DNA of 35,755 nucleotides from a virus: positions 1 through 35,755 of IMG/VR virus record IMGVR_UViG_3300012347_000068; one strand, given 5' to 3'. A model generated the notes under the pieces. It worked only from the letters and a program-made list of their open reading frames with translations. It was not told the origin of the DNA and did not search any database. Below, one piece after another: positions 1 through 5,751 of this stretch. Both the position numbers and the translations under genes were made by a program. Each line of letters opens with the position of its first letter. Within the stretch, counting starts at the first letter, position 1.

Positions 1-275
1 GGACTGACTCTGCTGTTCCTGGTCAGGCTGCAACCCTTCTTGGTTACTCGGTTTACGAGAACCCAGGCGTGGCTGCTGTTGCTACTGGTGCTAAGTCAGT
101 TCTATTCGGTGCTCTTGACTCGTTCAAGGCTCGTGTTGCTGGCGGTATCCGTGTTGACGTTTCAGGCGACTATGCGTTCGCTAACGATGTCACCACTTAC
201 CGTGGTCTGATTCGTGTTGATGGTGGACTAACCCACGCCAGCCACATCCAATTCTTTAAAGGCGGGGCCTCATAG
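1..275 (+). CDS. Major capsid protein (HK97 family), C-terminal part; continues from 34830..35755 across the circular junction
   Basis: The frame of the 34830 ORF runs off the window end. Since 35701-35755 equals 1-55, the same frame continues from base 3 to TAG 273-275 (...GYSVYENPGVAAVATGAKSVLFGAL...IQFFKGGAS). The ORF-track start at 69 is an internal codon. Confidence 0.9.
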   Translation, partial: TDSAVPGQAATLLGYSVYENPGVAAVATGAKSVLFGALDSFKARVAGGIRVDVSGDYAFANDVTTYRGLIRVDGGLTHASHIQFFKGGAS

Positions 276-300
276 CCCTTGCTCTTTTAGAGTAAAGACC

Positions 301-334
301 GGAAACCCCCGAGTGCGTAGGCTCGGGGGTTTCC
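301..334. terminator. Bidirectional intrinsic terminator hairpin between the MCP and the convergent HNH gene
   Basis: 13-bp perfect stem ggaaacccccgag / ctcgggggtttcc (301-313 / 322-334) with an 8-nt loop. It lies between two convergent stop codons (275 and 335). Confidence 0.75.
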
Positions 335-811
335 TCATTTCCAAATTCGATAGTGGACTATGTTGCCAATGGTTGATTTGCTTACGCTAAACGCTTGCGC
401 CAGTTCCGTTTGAGTAAATCCCTGCTTATGCGCTGATCTAATTTGAGCGACTAATTCTGGATTGAGTTTTGCGTTATGGTGTCTAATGCCAGTAACGGGA
501 TTTGATTTACGCCTATTCTTTGCAACCATGTCTTGGCTATTTTCGGCATGAGTTCCCCAGCGTAAATGAGAGGGATTGATGCAGGGTGGATTGTCGCATA
601 AATGCATGGCAACAGATTTAGTTGCTGGCTCGCCAAAAAGCAAAATAAGCATTAGACGATTAACAGTCATCACTTGATTTTGAAATGAAACCACGCCATA
701 ACCGTATGCAGATCTAGCTCGTTGCCATTCAATGCAACCATTTGGCATTACTTCAGCTCGCTCTAGAAGTCGCTGAGGCGTGATGTTGTTGTTACTGTTA
801 TTGTTAGACAT
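335..811 (-). CDS. HNH (HNH_3-type) homing-endonuclease-like protein with a C-terminal HTH
   Basis: NGCIEWQ...AMHLCDNPPCINPSHLRWGTHAENSQDM motif. C-terminal TQTELAQAFSVSKSTIGNIV looks like an HTH. It is antisense to the surrounding structural genes. Confidence 0.85.
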   Translation of the reverse strand: MSNNNSNNNITPQRLLERAEVMPNGCIEWQRARSAYGYGVVSFQNQVMTVNRLMLILLFGEPATKSVAMHLCDNPPCINPSHLRWGTHAENSQDMVAKNRRKSNPVTGIRHHNAKLNPELVAQIRSAHKQGFTQTELAQAFSVSKSTIGNIVHYRIWK

Positions 812-849
812 ATCAAACTCCTTCGTTAGTTTGGTCGTGCCCCAGGTTG

Positions 850-879
850 TTGTCGCAACGCTGGGGTTTCACTTATAGT
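850..879 (+). promoter_or_regulatory. Candidate sigma70/SigA-like promoter for the glycosyltransferase cassette
   Basis: TTGTCG (850-855), 18-nt spacer, TATAGT (874-879). It overlaps and follows a hairpin ccccag...ctgggg (840-866). RBS gaaagga lies at 893-899 ahead of ATG 905. Confidence 0.3.
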
Positions 880-904
880 ATAAGAATACTACGAAAGGAA
901 TGCC

Positions 905-2092
905 ATGTCTAAATCTAAAATAAACGGAGTTGTATCGGTATGGAGTAATAGCCCAGGGCAAGCTACTGGGTACGGCATGCAGTCGCAGTTGCTTGTTGAC
1001 CGTTTACAGCGTGATGGCGCTAAGGTTGCGGCTCTCTCTAACTATGGTGTTGAGGGCAACATTTCTACTTATGACACAGGGCATGGTGTTATTCCGCATT
1101 ACCCGCGTGGTATGGATGCTTATTCAAATGATGTGGCTCCTATGCAGCATAGTCATTGGAAGGCTCAGAACAAGGGTTTGAAAGATGTTCTGATTACTTT
1201 GTACGATGTGTGGGTGTTGAAGGGTGCAGCTTGGGATAAGTTGAACATTGCTTCGTGGGTGCCGTTGGATCACACTACGTTGCCTCCTAAGGTTGAGGCT
1301 TGGTTGCGTAAGGAGAATGTGACTCCTATTGCTATGTCACCGTTTGGTGTTGAGCAGATGAAGGCTAAGGGCATCGAGTGTGAGTATGTGCCTCATGCTA
1401 TTGATACGAAGGTTATGAAGCCGACTTGGGAGATGCAGGGTCAGAATGTTCGTGACTTCATGGGTGTCAGTGAGGATACGTTTGTTGTTGGTTCGGTAGC
1501 GGCCAATAAGGCTTCTGGGCTTCTGCACCGTAAAGCATTCTCTGAGAATCTTTTAGCGTTTAGCATTTTCCGTCAGAAGCACCCTAACTCTGTGCTGTAC
1601 TTACACACTGACCCGTTGGGTACTGCTGGTGGTTGGAATTTGTTGCCTATGTTGGCGGCTATGGGCATCCCTAAAGAGGCTGTGTTGTTCCCTCCGTTTG
1701 TGGATTATAAGTTTGGTATGCCTGCTGAGGAAGTTGCAGCTCTATTCACTGGTATGGATGTGTTGTTGGCTCCTTCGTTTGGTGGCGGGTTTGAGATTCC
1801 GATTGTGGAGGCTCAGGCGTGTGGTACTCGTGTGATTGCTTCGTCTTGGACTGCTCCTAAGGATTTGGTTGCTGAGGATGGTTGGTTGGTTGAGGGTCAG
1901 CCGATGTGGGATCCGTCGCAGGAAGCGTTTTGGCAGGTTCCGTTGATTCCTTCGATTGTGTCTGCGTTGGAGTTGGCGTATGAGGCTGGTCGTGGTCGTT
2001 CTCAGGTTGCTATTGATTTTGCTAAACAGTTTGATGTTGAGACTGTTTGGGAGAAGTATTGGGTTCCTGTGTTGAAGAAATTATTAAAGTGA
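905..2092 (+). CDS. Glycosyltransferase, GT-B fold (GT1/GT4-like)
   Basis: C-terminal GGGFEIPIVEAQACGTRVIAS matches the E-x7-E retaining-GT motif. The length of 395 aa is typical. Confidence 0.8.
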   Translation: MSKSKINGVVSVWSNSPGQATGYGMQSQLLVDRLQRDGAKVAALSNYGVEGNISTYDTGHGVIPHYPRGMDAYSNDVAPMQHSHWKAQNKGLKDVLITLYDVWVLKGAAWDKLNIASWVPLDHTTLPPKVEAWLRKENVTPIAMSPFGVEQMKAKGIECEYVPHAIDTKVMKPTWEMQGQNVRDFMGVSEDTFVVGSVAANKASGLLHRKAFSENLLAFSIFRQKHPNSVLYLHTDPLGTAGGWNLLPMLAAMGIPKEAVLFPPFVDYKFGMPAEEVAALFTGMDVLLAPSFGGGFEIPIVEAQACGTRVIASSWTAPKDLVAEDGWLVEGQPMWDPSQEAFWQVPLIPSIVSALELAYEAGRGRSQVAIDFAKQFDVETVWEKYWVPVLKKLLK

Positions 2093-2111
2093 GATTGAAG
2101 AAATTCTTCAA

Positions 2112-2759
2112 ATGATTCCTGTCCTTGGCTTTGCTACTTTAAAGAGGTTTGACCTTGCTGAACGATTACTTCGTACTATTGATTTCCCTGTGGAGCATTT
2201 GGTTATTGTTGATAACTCTGGCTCCCAAGGGTGGAATCCGGTCAAGCCTGACTTGGTGGCTAACCTTTGGGTTATTCGTGTGCCCTTTGGCTTGGGTCTT
2301 GTGGGCGCTTGGAACCTTATTGTAAAGTCAACACCTTATGCCCCGTATTGGGTTTTGGTGAATGACGATGCCTGGTTTGAGGCTGGCTCGCTAGAGAAGA
2401 TTGCCAGCGAGGTGGACACCGAGGCGTTGAATTTTTTGGCAATCACTCCTCCTTGGTCAGCGGTTGTTTTTGGCGAAGGCATGATTGACAAGGTGGGTTT
2501 GTATGACGAACGTTTTTACCCGCTGTACTTTGACGACAACGACCTTGAGCGTCGTGTACGCCATCACGGTGTGCCTATCAAGACTATTGAGGCCGTAGTT
2601 CATCATGAGAACTCTAGTACATTGAATAGTGGTTACCAGGTTGCTAATTCCCGCAGCTTTGGTGCTAACCAAAATTTATTTATTCAAAAAGAGCATGACG
2701 GTGATTACACTCAGGGTGAGTGGTCGTTGAAGACTAGAAGGGCAAACCGATGGGATTGA
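2112..2759 (+). CDS. Glycosyltransferase, GT-A fold (family 2-like)
   Basis: N-terminal VIVDNSGS and the NDDAW (DxD-like) motif. 215 aa. Confidence 0.75.
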   Translation: MIPVLGFATLKRFDLAERLLRTIDFPVEHLVIVDNSGSQGWNPVKPDLVANLWVIRVPFGLGLVGAWNLIVKSTPYAPYWVLVNDDAWFEAGSLEKIASEVDTEALNFLAITPPWSAVVFGEGMIDKVGLYDERFYPLYFDDNDLERRVRHHGVPIKTIEAVVHHENSSTLNSGYQVANSRSFGANQNLFIQKEHDGDYTQGEWSLKTRRANRWD

Positions 2760-3172
2760 AAGTTTATACAGGAGGCACTTTTGACTTGTTTCATGCAGGC
2801 CATGTAAAGTTCCTAGAGCAATGTGCTCGCTTTGGTAATGTTTATGTATCGCTAAATACTGACGAATTCATAAAAAAGTACAAAGGCACAGCCCCTGTAA
2901 TGACTTTTGATGAGCGTAAAAATGTTCTTTTATCTTGCAAATGGGTTCACGATGTATTGCCTAATTATCACGGTGCGGATAGTAAAACATCTATTATTTG
3001 CGTTGATCCTGACATGATTATTATTGGTTCGGACTGGGCTAGACGCGACTATTACAGCCAGATGGGGTTTGACCAGGATTGGTTAGACAGCAGAGGAATC
3101 ACCCTCGCTTACATTCCTTACACTGAAGGCATTAGCACCACTGACATTAAGGCTCGACTCTCTAAGCGGTAG
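2750..3172 (+). CDS. Cytidylyltransferase-family nucleotidyltransferase (TagD / glycerol-3-phosphate cytidylyltransferase-like)
   Basis: VYTGGTFDLFHAGHVKFLE (HxGH motif) and C-terminal GISTTDIKARL (RxSTT-like). The 140 aa size is typical of TagD-like enzymes. It overlaps the preceding gene by 10 nt. Confidence 0.8.
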   Translation: MGLKVYTGGTFDLFHAGHVKFLEQCARFGNVYVSLNTDEFIKKYKGTAPVMTFDERKNVLLSCKWVHDVLPNYHGADSKTSIICVDPDMIIIGSDWARRDYYSQMGFDQDWLDSRGITLAYIPYTEGISTTDIKARLSKR

Positions 3173-3203
3173 AATAGTTAAGTAGACTTCCGAAAGGCCT
3201 CAA

Positions 3204-3803
3204 ATGGCAACTAATGGCTATTGCACTCTTGCAGAACTAAAAAGCGCACTTCACATCATTGATTCAATCGATGACACGATGCTGGAGAACGCTATTAACT
3301 CTGCTAGTGACTTCATTAACGCTTACACTAACCGTGATTTTCACAACGGTGGCACTGCTGTTCGCTATTTCGAAGCGGATGACAACTACAACGTTGTGAT
3401 TGATGATTTGCAGTCAATTTCTGAGTTGGCTACGTCAACGCAGGCTGACATGGTGTTCGATACTGTTTGGTCGGCTAGTGAATACCAGTTGACTCCTGTT
3501 AATGGTCGCGTAAACGGGCTTACCACGCCTTACACGGGCATTCGAGCAGTCAGTCGCTTCTACTTCCCGTACTGGCAGAACCTAACCCTTGTACGCGTCA
3601 CAGGCGTTTGGGGTTGGGCTTCAATTCCTGCAAACGTCAAGCAGGCTTGTATTTTGCAAGCTGCACGAATCTTCAAGCGCAACGATTCACCTTTGGGTGT
3701 GGCAGGTTTTGGCGACATGGGTGTTATGCGAGTCTCAAGCCGTATCGACCCTGATGTGGCACAGTTGCTTGACTCGTATCGCACCATGAGAAACTTCGCA
3801 TAA
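3204..3803 (+). CDS. Head-tail adaptor/connector (gp6-like N-terminal domain, extended)
   Basis: N-terminus YCTLAELKSALHIIDSIDDTMLENAINSASDFINAYTNRDF resembles gp6-like head-tail connector proteins. It lies after the capsid block. Confidence 0.7.
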   Translation: MATNGYCTLAELKSALHIIDSIDDTMLENAINSASDFINAYTNRDFHNGGTAVRYFEADDNYNVVIDDLQSISELATSTQADMVFDTVWSASEYQLTPVNGRVNGLTTPYTGIRAVSRFYFPYWQNLTLVRVTGVWGWASIPANVKQACILQAARIFKRNDSPLGVAGFGDMGVMRVSSRIDPDVAQLLDSYRTMRNFA

Positions 3804-4216
3804 TGGCAAGCATTACCGAACTTCGTCAGGGCATTGCCAGTAACCTTGCCCGCATCCCTGGTCTTCGCACCGCATACTACGCACCAGACTTAATCAATCC
3901 ACCTGTTGCCATTGTTGAACCTGACGGAACCCCAGTCACTTTTGACATTGCAATGAACCGTGGACTTGATCAGTTCCGTTTTACTGTCACTGTTATTGTG
4001 CAACGCATGGACGAACGCTCAGGACAAAACGCTCTAGATGCGTACTGTGCAGGCTCAGGCGACTACTCTGTTAAACAGGCGATAGAATTGGATAGGACTC
4101 TCAGTGGTTATGCAAATGACTGCCGAGTGACTGAGATTAGTTCGTATGGCTCAATCTCTGTAAATGAAAACCAATACCTCGCTGCAGAATTCTCTGTAGT
4201 GGTGTACGCAAGCTAG
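3803..4216 (+). CDS. Head-tail joining / tail completion-like structural protein
   Basis: ATG overlaps the preceding stop (TAATG). It sits between the adaptor and the major tail gene. There is no diagnostic motif. Confidence 0.45.
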   Translation: MASITELRQGIASNLARIPGLRTAYYAPDLINPPVAIVEPDGTPVTFDIAMNRGLDQFRFTVTVIVQRMDERSGQNALDAYCAGSGDYSVKQAIELDRTLSGYANDCRVTEISSYGSISVNENQYLAAEFSVVVYAS

Positions 4217-4225
4217 GAGAACAAT

Positions 4226-4639
4226 ATGGCAAAGTATGTTGTCACAGGAAACAAGGTCACCATTAACGGTGTTGACCTATCATCTTCAGTCGCTCGTGCT
4301 GAAATCGCTATGAACGTCGCTGACGTTGATGCAACTGACTTCGCTTCTGGTGGTTACACCGAGCTAGTTGGCGGCCTCAAGTCGGGTTCTGTTTCTATCG
4401 ACTTCCACCAGGACTATGCAGCAGCTTCGGTTGATGCAACCATCTTCCCACTAATCGGTTCGATTGCGACCGCTGTTATCATCGCTGGTAACGGTACCGC
4501 AGCTTCGTCAACCACACCTGCTTACACTGCGACCGTTCTTGTTAACGGTTGGAACCCCGTGGCAGGCGCAGTAGGCGACCTTTCAACCGTTTCAGTTACT
4601 TGGCCTACCTCGGGAGCAATCTCGAAGGCTACCGCTTAA
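4226..4639 (+). CDS. Major tail (tube) protein, small
   Basis: Strong RBS (ctaggagaacaatATG). It lies immediately upstream of the G/G-T chaperone pair. The composition is beta-rich and Ser/Thr-rich. Confidence 0.6.
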   Translation: MAKYVVTGNKVTINGVDLSSSVARAEIAMNVADVDATDFASGGYTELVGGLKSGSVSIDFHQDYAAASVDATIFPLIGSIATAVIIAGNGTAASSTTPAYTATVLVNGWNPVAGAVGDLSTVSVTWPTSGAISKATA

Positions 4640-4653
4640 TCTAAGGACACACA

Positions 4654-4917
4654 TTGAAAATCAATCTACGCGTTGAATTTGAAGGTATCAAAGAGCCAAA
4701 AGAAATTACTTGTTCTGCAAGTGACCTAGTGGCTTTCGAAAACAAGTTTGAGACTTCTGTTACCAACTTTGGTAACGACATGAAGTTGACTTACCTGTTG
4801 TTCTTGGCTTGGCATTCAGAGTCTCGTCGTAAGGCGACGGCTTTGGAGTTTGACCCTTGGGTTGAAACCGTTGCAAACATTGGGGCTAGTGACCTAGACC
4901 CAAAATCCGTGGCTTAG
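4654..4917 (+). CDS. Tail assembly chaperone (G-like, zero-frame product)
   Basis: TTG start 6 nt after aagga. It lies between the major tail protein and the tape measure. It carries a slippery heptamer near its 3' end. Confidence 0.7.
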   Translation: MKINLRVEFEGIKEPKEITCSASDLVAFENKFETSVTNFGNDMKLTYLLFLAWHSESRRKATALEFDPWVETVANIGASDLDPKSVA

Positions 4918-5057
4918 GCGAATCTTCGACACATTGGTTTATCGCGGGCCTAGCTTGCGAAACTGGCATTTCTCCGCGTGAGTTGATGCTGTTGGATGAT
5001 CGTATGTTGTGGACTATGCACCGCTGGATGGTTGCACGGAACACGACTGCCAAATAA
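4654..5057 (+). CDS. Tail assembly chaperone, -1 frameshifted G-T-like product (about 134 aa)
   Basis: The -1 frame is open from 4899 to TAA 5055-5057 (PKIRGLGESSTHWFIAGLACETGISPRELMLLDDRMLWTMHRWMVARNTTAK). It has no start codon of its own. Confidence 0.65.
4899..4905 (+). promoter_or_regulatory. Programmed -1 ribosomal frameshift slippery heptamer C CCA AAA
   Basis: It has the X_XXY_YYZ form in the correct zero-frame register (gaC CCA AAA tcc), 12 nt before the G stop. Confidence 0.65.
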
Positions 5058-5063
5058 TAGTGA

Positions 5064-5093
5064 AGCCCCCTCTCAGGAGGGGGTTTTACTTTT
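5064..5093 (+). terminator. Rho-independent terminator after the G-T chaperone
   Basis: Stem ccccctc / gaggggg (5066-5072 / 5077-5083), extendable by g65-t84 and a64-t85. The loop is tcag and it is followed by ttttactttt. Confidence 0.7.
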
Positions 5094-5128
5094 GGCGGGT
5101 AGAATAGTAGAAGTAAGGAAGGTCAACT

Positions 5129-5746
5129 ATGCCCAGTATCAAAGTGCAGAATAATTCTCGCATGGAGATTGAGATTACTGATTGGCGTTTCCTTGCTAAA
5201 GAGTTGCGTAAGGTTGAGCCGAAGGTGATGTCACGTTTTAAGCGTGAGGCCAAGGAAATCGGTAAACCTGTTGAGAATGCTATTAAGAAGGCTATTCCTA
5301 ACAAGATTGACATTCGCGGTATGCAGCCTAAGGTGATTCCTGGTCGTATGGCTTGGGGTGCTGGTGTTTCTGCTCGTAAAACGACTATGAAAATTAATAC
5401 TAGGTCGTATAAGCGTAAGGGTACTTCGATTGTGTCTGTTTGGGCTTGGTCACCTGCGCTGTCTATGTTGGATTTGGCTAATAAACTTGGTGACGCCAAT
5501 GGTAGCGATACACGCGAGTATCCTTATTCAAAGTCGCCTACGGGTTTTCGTCGCCACAAGATTAATGGTCAGGGCAGAGGCTTGTTGAAAGCTGCTGGTA
5601 AGTCTAAGAAGTTGCAACGCGCCGATACGCCATCGCGTATTGTTTGGCCTGCAGCTTGGAAGGCTATTCCAGAAGTTAATGCTGAAATGAATAAGTTTAT
5701 TGAGTCTGAGGCTCGTAAAATTAACGCTGTAATGCGTAGGAAGTAG
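5129..5746 (+). CDS. Basic 205-aa protein between the chaperones and the tape measure (possible HK97 gp10-like tail/neck component)
   Basis: RBS gtaaggaagg precedes the ATG. It is Lys/Arg-rich. The functional call rests on weak resemblance and position only. Confidence 0.55.
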   Translation: MPSIKVQNNSRMEIEITDWRFLAKELRKVEPKVMSRFKREAKEIGKPVENAIKKAIPNKIDIRGMQPKVIPGRMAWGAGVSARKTTMKINTRSYKRKGTSIVSVWAWSPALSMLDLANKLGDANGSDTREYPYSKSPTGFRRHKINGQGRGLLKAAGKSKKLQRADTPSRIVWPAAWKAIPEVNAEMNKFIESEARKINAVMRRK

Positions 5747-5751
5747 TAGTC

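Noticed and set aside
1-55. Terminal repeat considered as a biological direct terminal repeat (DTR)
   Set aside because: It is exactly 55 bp and falls mid-codon inside the capsid gene. That is typical of a k-mer overlap from a circular assembly. This cannot be proven from sequence alone.
5086-5499. 137-aa minus-strand ORF opposite the 5129-5746 gene
   Set aside because: It would begin inside and run antisense to a + strand ORF that has a good RBS. It would end within the + strand terminator hairpin. No motif was recognised.
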